Shown: one piece after another, positions 38,473 through 49,686 of the stretch
How positions within the stretch are numbered: the first letter of the stretch is position 1
How the letters are laid out: the number at the start of each line of letters is the position of its first letter
Assembly (NCBI GenBank): GCA_001643675.2
Contig: LSRY02000001.1
Location: forward strand, 1,798,001-1,862,000
From: Monocercomonoides exilis PA203
Lineage: Eukaryota; Protista; Preaxostyla
Direction: 5' to 3'
DNA: 64,000 nt
Program-made: the position numbers and the translations under genes
The notes under the pieces: generated by a model
Told to the model about the DNA's origin: nothing
Database searches by the model: none
Seen by the model: the letters and a program-made list of their open reading frames with translations, nothing else

Positions 38473-39092
38473 GGCTAATGCACAAGATACGCCCCGTCAC
38501 AAAAATGTTATATGTTGCAGCTATGATGATAACATATTGAACACAAAAGTTTTTTTCTTCTTGTGGTGTGCGGAAACTGTTTGTATGTTTTTTTCAATTT
38601 TCGTGAAAATCAAAAATTCTGTTCAATTTAATTGTAACCAATGACTTTTTTGAGGTTTATATTTGTTCTCTTTTTTATCACGGTTTTAATGATAGAGTTT
38701 TATCCCAAATCAATTTGTTGGGGTTGAATTCTGTTGAATGAATTGCTTAATTATTTTTTTTTTAAAAAAAAAAGTTATCTGACACGGATAAAAAAAGTAT
38801 AATTCATATTTGGGACGAGTTAAATAGAATACGTTCAAAGCATATTTGAGTGCATTCTTGTAGTATTTCAATTAATAATCTGTTTATTAAGATTATTGTT
38901 GAAAATAAATATTGTTTTAATTTTTGTTCATTTCAATTTTTTGTGGGAAATTATAATTTGATTCATTCAAAAATAATAGTTTCCGCACAAAAGAAAGACA
39001 GAATCACATTGTGAAACTGTTAACAACGACGCTATAATCATTCATACAAATTTTTGTTAACCGTCGTTAATTGTGCAATAACATAAATTTGA
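38473..39092. mobile_element. Old degenerate inverted-repeat element
   Basis: Inverted matches tgcacaa, acaaaaat and tgtgcggaaact at corresponding spacing; no TSD seen. Confidence 0.4.
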
Positions 39093-39120
39093 AATTATAT
39101 CCATTGAATATACAGATATC

Positions 39121-39462
39121 GCACAAAATACCTGACAAGATCGATATCTCAATGACCACAAGAGGAGAAATTCTGATAATTTTCCTCAAAATATATCTCA
39201 TCAAAACAAACTCGCGTGACATAAAAGACTTTCAGGACAGCTTCGTTTGAGCTCAGAAAAAAAAATTTCGAAAATATCGGAGAAACTCAAAATCCTATTT
39301 CTCCGAGATTTTCGAAATTTTTTTTTCTGAGCTCAAACGAAGCTGTCCTGAAAGTCTTTTATGTCACGCGAGTTTGTTTTGATGAGATATATTTTGAGGA
39401 AAATTATCAGAATTTCTCCTCTTGTGGTCATTGAGATATCGATCTTGTCAGGTATTTTTTGC
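39121..39462. repeat. 342-bp near-perfect palindrome with 165-bp arms and 12-nt loop
   Basis: 39121-39285 vs 39298-39462; two mismatches seen; loop ctcaaaatccta. Confidence 0.95.
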
Positions 39463-39656
39463 ACAAACTGAATTCGTTAATTCAGAATTATCAATCTCTT
39501 TCTCAAATTTGCTAATTTTAATTTATTGAAATAATAAACTTTGATAGTTCGAATGAATTATCGAAAGTTTTTCAGTTATTGAATGGTTTTTTTTGAAGAC
39601 ATCCCATATGCGAATAATTCGAACACTTACTTTTTTGTTTACGGATCAAATTGTGC

Positions 39657-41385
39657 ATGAGCCAGAATGATCGTTTGCTAATCGGGCGCATACAGAATTA
39701 TCAAGAGTTGAAACAGATTGTTCAAGTGGAGGACAAGTTCATTGTGCAGGAAAATGAAAAGAGAAAACAAAGCAAAATTGGCAGATGCTTTCAAAGAAAC
39801 TACTCATATTTTGTTTTGCATCTTTCATTGATTTTGGTGTGCTTTAATTCATATGATGTCTGAGCTGAGTATTTGACAAAATTTTGTTTGAAAAATTTTA
39901 TTGTAAAAGATAATTGCTTTGGCTGCAGCAGTTGTCCTTTTATTTTGGGAAAGCGACTTTTCATTCCGTCATTGCTTTTATACTGTGATGTCAGCTGTCT
40001 GTGGCGTGGGGCTGGCCGGATTCAACATCTCCAACTCGAAGTTTGGAACCCAATTTGTTCTTATGATAACGATACACCTCGGAAGCTCGTGTCTCTTGTC
40101 TCTTTTGCCGTTGATATTGAAAAGAAGGTATATCCGGAAGCATTTCAACCATCCAGTTGTGAGGCAAACAATCGAACTTGAGGATGCATCTCCGACTTCG
40201 AAGAAGGAGAATGAACTCAAGCAAGAGTCTTTCGTTCAGTTCTCAAAGGAGCAAATAAAAAGAATTCCTCCATCGCCTATTTTCACAATCCAGCTGTCAA
40301 CGCAACGCGAGGGGGTTGTTTCCAAAAGGCGTCCGAACGAGCACATTACCTCTGCTCACACGATTCATATGCATCCTTCGCCTCTGTCAGCATTGTGTTT
40401 GCTGGCTTCGCTTCCACCGAGGCCACAGAAAGCGAAAAGAGCGGAAGGCAAGCTTCAAAAGGCATCAGCGATTTCTTCTTTCAACGAACATCCTGTTCGG
40501 CTACCTTCAGTTGCTTATACGCCATACAATCCTAGATCAGCTGCATATTTCTGAACTCATCAATTCATTGCGACTAACTCACCATCATCGTCATCGTCAT
40601 CGCCTTCTTCCTCTCCTCCTCCTCTTTTTTCTTCCTCTTCTTTTTCAAATTCTTCTTCTCCTTCTCCCTCGGCTTTTTCTATTAGCATAAGCACACATCT
40701 CACAGCTGCCCTCTTTCAGCCTCCGACTCCTCCGCGTGTATCGCTGAACTCCCCACGTACAATTATTTCTTCCTCTTATTCTCTTTCTTCTTCAAATCAT
40801 TCTTCTAATTCTTCTCCTTCTCCTCTTCCTCTGTCTCTTCCTCGTTCGTTTGCCAATCTTCCTCCCGCTTTCACTTACAGCCCATCTTTCTGCGCTGCTT
40901 TTCCAGCAAAGCAAAAGTCTTCTCTTTCTTCTTCATCATCATCTTTAAATAGAAATGCCAATCAAAGGAATTCTCGAAGGTTCACTCGTCCCATTACTCT
41001 CAATCCTCCACACAACATCAATTCGAAGTTGCTCAAAACATCTTCTCCCTTCCCTCCTCCTCTTTTTCCTTCATCTTCATCTTCCTCCTCCTCAATTCAT
41101 TTTCCAACATCTTCTTATCATTCTTCTTCTTCTTCCTCATTTCCTCCCCCACTGCTCAGCAACAGCAGCTCAGCCACAGCCACTCTGGAGCCACGCGCTG
41201 CTCAAGTTCTGATTCAGCTGCTGGACGAAGCAAGAAAGGAGAGCAAGAAACAGAGGGAAGAAGATATTGCGCGGAAAGGAAGAGGGAAAGAAGGAAAAGA
41301 GAAAGGAAAAGAGAAAGGAAAAGAAAAGAAAGAGAATGAGAATGAGGTTTTATTGGCAAAAATGATTAGAGCGAAGAGGGAGAGA
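39657..41385 (+). pseudogene. Trk/HKT-like cation transporter, N-terminal part only; intron 39837-39909
   Basis: First M1-P-M2 unit: YFVLHLSLIL-IIALAAAVVL...CFYTVMSAVCGVGL...QFVLMITIHLGS...KRRYIRKHF. In-frame TGA at 40552, then Ser/Pro-rich frame. No later MPM units found. Confidence 0.6.
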
Positions 41386-41388
<3 letters not shown>

Positions 41389-41452
<64 letters not shown>

Positions 41453-41900
41453 CGGATATATAGAGAGATGGAGAGGAAAGATTGAACAGTGAAAGATGAA
41501 GAAAGAAGGAGAAAAGATGAATGGGGAAGAGCGAGAGGAAGAAGAGAGAGAGAGAGAGGAAGAAAGAGAAAGAGAGAGAGGAAGAAAGAAAGAGAGAGAG
41601 GAAGAAAGAGAGAGAGGAAGAAAGAAAGAGAGAAATGAATGAAAATGAAGAAAAAAGCGAAGAAAGGATTATTAAAATGAAAATAGAGAAAGATAAACAA
41701 AACTTCTTTACATATCTCAATTAACCAAAGAACAACAATTTGATCAGAAAATTATTTTCCCATTCATTTCCCACATCATTATCATCAACCAATTTGTATT
41801 CTTTCATTTCTTCTTCTTCTTCTTCTTTTCTTTTTCTTCTTCTTCTTCTTCTTCTTCTTCTTCTTCTTCTTCTTCTTCTTTTTCTTCGTTCTTCCTCATT
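41389..41900. repeat. T64 homopolymer, GA-rich tract and (TTC)n
   Basis: Read directly from sequence. Confidence 0.9.
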
Positions 41901-43359
41901 CATTCACACATTCGCACAGCATCTATCTTCATTTCAACAATTGTGAACCTTCTTTTCTTCTTCAACTTTTTCTTCAATGAATATCAAAAATGATACTGTT
42001 TTTTTCATTTCATTCGAATTCTCATCGAATTCAGTGCCAGACCTCATCTATCGTTGCTATTTGTGAAGATACAAAGAAACACTTATTCAATTAATGAATG
42101 TCAGCTGAAATTATATGGTAACGGAAACGATTTTGTTTTTAGCCGAGAAAAGCTGACCAGAAGGCATACTATCAGCAAGAAAATGATTCTGATTTTTTCA
42201 TTTGGAAGCTGAAAGAGGCACAGATGAAAAAGAAATAACGTTGAAGCAATTTTTGTTTGGAATGGCTGGGTTTCAAAAATGGCATTCTGCATATTTCACA
42301 GCAACGAAATTACAGTGAATTGTTGAAAATGAAACGTTGAATAAGAAATGCAATTTTGAGGAAATGGATTATAAGAAGAGAAATTATATTAGGCAGTTGA
42401 GTGAATCGGAAACAAGCATGTTGAAATATGAATGCTGATGAAAATCTGATCTGAAGAAAATTGCCAAATATGATTGAAGAAGTGCATATAGAAGAGAAGA
42501 AATAGATTATTCTTTTTTCATGAGCTTTATTTTCGTTTGATGAAAAAGTGAAAATTGATGAAGAAATTTCGAAGAAATAGTTTTATCTGAGCTGTTGTTA
42601 AGGTTTTTGAAAAAATAAGCGATGGTATGAGCTCCAGTTGAAAGGAAGATGAAAGCTCATGAATTTTTCTATGATATGGAAAATATCACAATAAGACGAA
42701 ACGATTGAGGAAAGTTTAATATTAAAAATGACGAAAATGGAAGAAATTCTGATGAAATTAGAAAAAGTTTATCATTTTCTGTGATTATGGTGTCAACCAT
42801 GCTGAAGGTGAGTGTTTGAGTTGGAATAAATGTTGAGGTGAGAAGGGTGGCAGGCGTCTTGGGGATCTGTCATGCGAACAAGAGCGAATTCAATTGTTTC
42901 ACATGGACTGAGTTGTGTCATTCCTCACTGATAAGTATTTATTTCATTATTTGATTCAATTTTGAATGTTGTTGTGAGAGGGGTCCATCTATTGAACTCA
43001 ACATTATCAGTAGTTCCTTGATTCCACACTCTTTTTGCTTGCGCTGTTGATCCACACTGATTGAATGGAGACTGAGTGATGCTGCTGCTATTGAAGAACG
43101 CATCATTCCCTCTGCCATTTTTGGCTGTATTTCCATCGAAGAAGCAGAAAGTGATGATTCTGATTAATTGTTTTTGATATATCGAAAAAAAAAGAAAAAA
43201 TATTTTTGTTTATCAAATTTTTATTTCAAAAGAATGTTTTTTCATGTGATAAATGATTTTATTAAAATTTTGAATTCATATACTTTATTGAAGGAAATGA
43301 TCAAAATGATGTTATGCAGAGTGTAATATTTATAAATTCGAAAAATCTTGGAAAAGCAA

Positions 43360-43431
43360 GCGGTAGTAGTATAGTGGTTAGTACTTCACGTTGTGGCCGT
43401 GATAACCTGGGCTCGAATCCCAGCTACCGCA
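43360..43431 (+). tRNA. tRNA-His(GTG)
   Basis: Acceptor stem gcggtag/ctaccgc; anticodon arm tcacg-ttGTGgc-cgtga; T arm ctggg/cccag; downstream T-run. Confidence 0.95.
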
Positions 43432-43798
43432 ATTTATTTTTGAAAAATTTATTTGGGTGCTTTTGTTTCATAAAAAAGACGCGCAAACAGAATGCCTTTT
43501 TAAAAGTTTGCTTTTTAAATAGTTGTTTTTTCGATTCATGAAAAAGGAAAATGTTCATTTTGAATTGCAAAGTTGTTGTGTTGGAATCATCAAAAGGATT
43601 CGAAAAAGAAACATTTGAATTACAATAACTCTATTGGTGAAGGGGAAAAAAAAATACTATGTTGGACTTAATGAACAAAAAGAAGCAATTCAATCAACAT
43701 GCTCGTTGCATTTACACGAAAATAACAGTGTTTATCATCAAAAAGACCAAAAAATTTATCTATTCAAATCTAGCATGAAACAAAAATAATAATTCTCT

Positions 43799-44713
43799 CT
43801 AATTTTCAGCTGGCGCATCAACCTCCTTCACAACACACCCCAAATCGTCGCTCGCAATCAAAATCGAAAAACGGCGGGTGCTTTCACAGCTCGCTCGTCC
43901 ACAAGCACCCAAACTGCTATTCGTGCTCTTGTTCACAGACGCGTAGTCAAAACAGCCCCGCCAGTCTGTGAACCCATCCTTCACAAACACAACTTCTTCT
44001 TCTCTTCCACCTCTCCCGCACACCTTCGCATACACCTTCACATACACCTTCACATACACCCCTGCAGCCGGCAGATGTGTCGCTTCCTCTTTCGCCACCA
44101 GCCGCCCTGTCTCCTCAAACACCTCCACAATCATCCCGCTCCTGAACAGCGCCTCTGAACAGCGCTTCCCTTCGTATTCTGCCTCAACAAACACATTCTG
44201 CGTTTGCAGCTCTTCTGGCATAGGAACAATTACACTCGGCATCAAATGAATTGAAGACGAAGAAGAAGAGGAAGAAGAAGAGGAAGAAGATGAGGAAGAA
44301 GAAGAAGAGGAGGAGGATGAAGTAGCTTCTTCAAAAGAGAATTCGATTTGTTTCGTTGGCTTCACAATTGAAAATGCCTTTGCTGCATCTTTTCCTTTCA
44401 TAAACGGCTTCACACTGAACAGGCTTTCAACATCCACCTTGTAGAACTTCATCTTCCCTCTCTTCTCCTTCCCCTTCTCCTGCTTCACCACAATTCTCTT
44501 CCCCTTCTCATCAATTGCCATCTCAAAAGACACTTCAACCACCATCGATGAATTCAACAGCAGCTGCCTTCTGCTTTCTCGCTCAGCCTCATTCTCAGCA
44601 AAAACATACTTCTTTCTGTTTCCTCCTCTTTTCACTTCCTCTTCCTCTTCTTCCTGTTCTTCTTTTTCCTCCTCTTCTTTGTAAAATTCTTCTTCTTCTT
44701 CTTCTCTTGGCAT
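43799..44713 (-). pseudogene. C-terminal fragment of a large AbpF-like protein (recalled family in Dictyostelium and Planctomycetes)
   Basis: VYVKVY...FVKDGFTDWRGCFDYAS...RFSILIASDDLGCVVKE matches my recollection of that C-terminal motif; upstream frames are broken. Confidence 0.55.
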
Positions 44714-44974
44714 TTGATCAAGATATTAGCCATCTGATGCATATATTCCGAAAACTTGCAAAGCCTTTAAATTGGACAGAAAATTATTTCTTAAAGTTTC
44801 TTTCGTCTCGGCTGATCAATCGTCGATTATCTCTTTTTCCATTTATCATTAATGATTCAGGTGATGAGATGCAATTCAGACGAATTCACATCATTTTGTC
44901 TTCGATCGTATAATTCTTTTCCTCTTCTTTAACATCTTCTTCATCTTCTTTTTCATCTTCTTCAATTATTGAAT

Positions 44975-45830
44975 AGAAATGTTGTGTAATCCATTCTATT
45001 CAACTCTCAGTGAATTCTTCTTCAAGTTTTGTCTTCAACTTCAATTCACAAACAAAAAGGCAATTTTCTCATCTGTCAAGAAGAAGCAGCTTAAGCAATA
45101 AGGCAATTAAATGGATATGATGTTGGCATCCAATCAAAAAACAAAGGTGATTCTGACATTTTATCATTTGGCTGTTGAATAAAGTGCAGATGAAATAAAG
45201 AAGAAATCTTGGAACAATTTTAATTTTGGAATGGACGATTGAAGTGAAGGAATGCGACAGATTTCTCAATGCGACTTCTCTTTTGTGAGTGGCAGAAGAG
45301 TCAAAAGGAAATGAGAGAAAAGCTAAGGATCTGAAATGAAGAAGGAAACTACCATAAAGGAATGTTAGAAATGGCAAATGGAGATAGGCTAATTGAGAGC
45401 AGATGTTTATCATTTTGTCACACATGATTATTTGGTGATGATGCAGTTGGAGAACAATCAGTATTTCTGAAAGGGAAGTTTTTGATTTGGAAATGTTGGC
45501 TTCTGGAAATGATGCGAATGAATATCATTCGAATTAACAAAATGTCCTGTTTTCTCGTTTATTCGCACACAATCTCCAATAAATTCTTTCTTCTTCTTCT
45601 TTTTTTTTTTCATTTGAATTCCCGGTTTCCATGTTTCAGTATTCTTTTTTGAACATTCTTTTTTTCCACATGCAAATCATTCAAAATTGAAAAATAAAAA
45701 AAAGAAGAAAAGAATATATTTTCTTCAGATATATTTTTCTATTTGCATTGTTGGAATTACAGATCTGAAATGAAGCTAAACCACAACGAACCCCATTTTA
45801 AAATCTTCATCTTCAAAAAAAACAAGGAAA
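44975..45830. repeat. Direct repeat of 35720-36590
   Basis: Alignment by eye. Confidence 0.85.
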
Positions 45831-45903
45831 AATAAAATAAAATAAAATAAAATATAATAAAATAAAATAAAAAATAAAAACGGAATAAAAAGGAACACAT
45901 GAT

Positions 45904-47357
45904 TCAAAGGAACACAAAATAATCTGAGTAATATTCAGACAGATGAAAACAAAAACTTGTTTTCACTGTTCGTATCGTTTCTAGAAAACTAATGATGATG
46001 TCTTCATATCCTTTTTCTTCAGCCTTGTCAAATAGCATCCTTTTGAGTCTTATAGAATCTACCGGGTCTCCAGTTTTGTCCATCTCTTCCTTCAACCTTT
46101 CTGAAAACTCTTGCAAAAATTTCAAATATTCCGCAGTTGGATTATCTGCGATAGATGGCTGGCACAACTCCTCCAAAATATCTTCATAAATGTTGCTTTT
46201 CTGCAGACAAGCATGTCGCGAAGAACAATTCAAAATGCGAGCAAAAAGTTCATAGCAATCATCCGAAAGAGATTCAAACGAATGCGAAGCCTCTCTTTGT
46301 ATCCAAACACAGAACTCGACAATTTTAATCCATTCTTCATGATTTATGCATCGGTCGTCAACAAAAGAGATTGTCTTCAGCCATCTCTTTATTGTGCATA
46401 TTTCTTTTATATCTTTTGATATCTTTTTCATTAACAAAAAGCGTGCATTTTTCATTAGATCTTCTAATTCTCTGACAACTTCTCCTGAGAAATGCAGCTT
46501 ATTCATTATTACGTCTTCAAATTCATCATTAAAATTATGGAGCTTTATCAAAAACTGCCAAGCAGATTGGTATCCAAGTTGTGTTAGGTAGTGATGTTCC
46601 TGATGGCAATGGATGATTTCTATAGTCTCATTGAAAAACATCTTTTTATTTCCAACCTAATAAAAATTAATAATAAAAAAATAAATAAAAAGAAAGTCAA
46701 ACCATTCCCTCAGGAATATTGCTCAAAGCCAGAAGGGCTATTTCCATTTCTTTCTCATTTTTTTCGCTTTCATCTTTATTTAAAGCCACTTTCAAAAGAA
46801 AAGGCACACTGACTACGAGAAAGTCTTCACTGGCTTTTGAACAATCTTGCATAAAAAGGCATTCGCTTATGTCTGAAAGAAGTCTTTCATTTTTTCCTTC
46901 TTTTTTCAGTGATTCTTTGATAACCATTCTTTCAAATATGAACCACAACGGCAAATTACAATTATATTTCACAGGAGCACCTGCTAACAATCCAAAATAT
47001 TTCAAATGTTTAAGAAATGTCACTGCAGATTCATTAATTCTTTCGTTGTCCAAAAAAATGTAATCACGTTTTCCAAATATGTCCCAACGAAAAATACTTT
47101 TCAATTCTTCTCCGTTCATCATAGACATCAAAGCAATAAGCTTTTTTACACCAGATTTTTGATAATCTTCGTCTGAAGCTTCTTGGGAAAATAACATGTC
47201 TGAGAGAATGATAAATTTATAAACATATTAAACTCTATCCTAAAAACAAATGAAAGCCATATATCCTCCATAATTCGTCCATCAAATCAACTTTTTCAAT
47301 AGAAGCACTTTCAGAAGTAAGAAGCTCGTTTGTGTTTTCACATTGATTCAAAAGCAT
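45904..47357 (-). CDS. Helical family, copy 5 (divergent); intron 46657-46702; first exon unresolved
   Basis: EMEIALLALS, HHYLTQLGYQSAWQF and EEKGYED motifs; spliced junction PEGM-VGNKKMFF. Confidence 0.7.
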
Positions 47358-47469
47358 ATTTTATTGATCTTTGTCATATAATTTCTTTCGTATTATTCTT
47401 CAATTGAAATGAACATTTTATTCGAAAAAATTCAGAATATAGTGAATTATTTTCTCATTTTAAAAATAT

Positions 47470-48976
47470 TGCATAATCCGAATTAATCGGTATGCCCAGA
47501 TTTCTCTGAAACTTTACTGAATATAATAATACATGCTGTACATAAGTAATATGAGTATGATAAATTGCGGAAACGTGTTTTTGGAGAAAATAATGATAAA
47601 AAATTTTTTTGATCAAAAATAAATATTTTCGAATTTTCATTGAAAAAGTGACTGATTTGTTTTTGAAAAGCTTCGAAAATATAAAAAAAACATTTTAAAA
47701 TGATATTATTCAAATTAGAATAATATTTAAGGCTCATATTCAGAGGCACTAGCTCCATCTCCTGCTCCGAAATCTTCATCAGATTCAACATCGCTATCTT
47801 CATTGACAACATCATCCATATCTGGAATCTCCTCATCTTCATCAACGATTTCTTCTTCTTCTTCTTCCATTTGAACAGGTTCAATTTCCTTTTCAAAGCA
47901 CAGATATTTTATTAATTGAATGAACGTTTTATTGAATGTTGATTTCACCAAAAACAGTGAATGATAGTCATGCATAAGTCTGATCCTTGTTCCAAATCGA
48001 GGGAAAGTGCATCGCAAATGTTGCCATAACCCTTCAATTGTATTTGTATACGCACCAGTTTCTGGGTCTCTGAAACGTCTTTTGTGGCACACAATTTGAT
48101 GCTTATATCCAAGTGTTTCTAGTGAAGAATAAGCGCGCCATTCATGGGAAATATTTAATGTTCCAACTTTAACGTATTTCTGGATAATTGGAATCAAAGT
48201 TTCCTTTTTTCTGTTTGGAACGACAACCATTAACCGTTTCCCCGCTCCACCACACTCTAATCTTTCCACCCCTCCGAAAATCCACACTTGCTTTTTCTTT
48301 CTTCCTCTCCTGTACTTCCGTTTTCATCAAATTGCTTCATCAATTACAACTATTGTTCCCTCGCCTCTAATAACTTGCTGTCTTTCGTTCCACATTTGTG
48401 AGCAAGCGCACCGAATCACACTTCACCAGTATCCGACTGTGTCCTTATCAACAGAAAAAAGCAAAGAAATTGTTTTGTTTTGAATCCCCTGCCAGTGATG
48501 TAAACAAATCAGAAGAGTAATTCCCTATCCAATTTTTATTTTGCTAAAAGATGTTCCTGAAAGAATGCTTTTTCGAATCTTGCATTTTGGACAAGAGAAA
48601 TAGTGATAATTCAAATCATTATAAATTCGTTGATAGCATCTGTGAATTCTGCACATAGGGAGGTTAATGGCTATTATTTCTCTTTTGAACCATTCCCATG
48701 TGCTTGTTTCGTCGAAGAAGAGTTTGTTCAGCGAAGAAATGGTTTCCTCATCATGAAGATCTCGTTCACGTGCTATGAGATCAAAAAAATACGAACCCTT
48801 AATACAAACAATTTTCAAAAATAATTATGGGTGAAAATATTTTTCTTCAAAATTTCATTCAAATAAAAAAATTTCCGCGGATTTTTATTTGCATATTCTT
48901 TTATAATAATATATAACAAATCGAAATACAATGATTAAAATTATTTTTTGTTGTTCCGATATAATCGGATCATGCC
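47470..48976 (-). mobile_element. Merlin/IS1595-type DNA transposon, copy 2
   Basis: About 21-bp imperfect TIRs (tgcataatccgaattaatcgg / ccgatataatcggatcatgcc); perfect 8-bp TSD aaaaatat at 47462-47469 and 48977-48984. Confidence 0.88.
47727..48818 (-). pseudogene. Merlin transposase with 4 in-frame stops
   Basis: Colinear with 13014-14033; stops at 48525, 48423 and 48324-48329 (two); catalytic SDEW changed to SHEW. Confidence 0.9.
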
Positions 48977-49686
48977 AAAAATATTTGCAATTTTCATGAG
49001 AAACACAGAATTCATGAATTATTTCAGAAACATGAAAAATAAAAAGTTGTAGCTGAGGATATAGAAGAAAAAGGAATAAGTTCTGCAACTGAAGAAAAAA
49101 AACAGGTATTGATTGTTTCATTGAGCATTTCTGTCGAGGAGTTATTTGTTTATTGTTCGAGAAGACCTGTTTCCAACACTTCGAGATGTTTCAGCGTAGA
49201 TGCGAGCAGACGATGGGCTGTTGATTGCACCGGTGAGAGGATACAAGCACTGTTTGTCATTGTCCTCTTCACATGCACACAGAAAGGTCTTTTGACACGA
49301 AGATATGAAGTCTGGTGACAAATTGAATCTGCCAGCGAAATGAGTACGGATCTCGTTTCAAGCAACTCTAATTGTTCAACTTTCTAATTCTTCTTCTTCT
49401 ATTAATTCAGCGACAAATGAAGGATTGAGGCGAGATGAATTCTGAGCTGAGGTATCTTTTTCACATGTCTGTATGATTTCAATTTCGCTGTATCCATCAC
49501 AAAGAGGAAACAGAGATCAAAGCTCCACATCAGGCGTCTCTTTTCAATCGGTGTGTGGAAGCGATGATGGGCTGTGCAATCAGACAGAATACAGACACTT
49601 GGGCAATGAATTGCATCGCGTTTTGGACACCAACAAAGAGGATTCTATTTCGATGGAAAGCAAACAACGAGATTCTGAAACAGATT

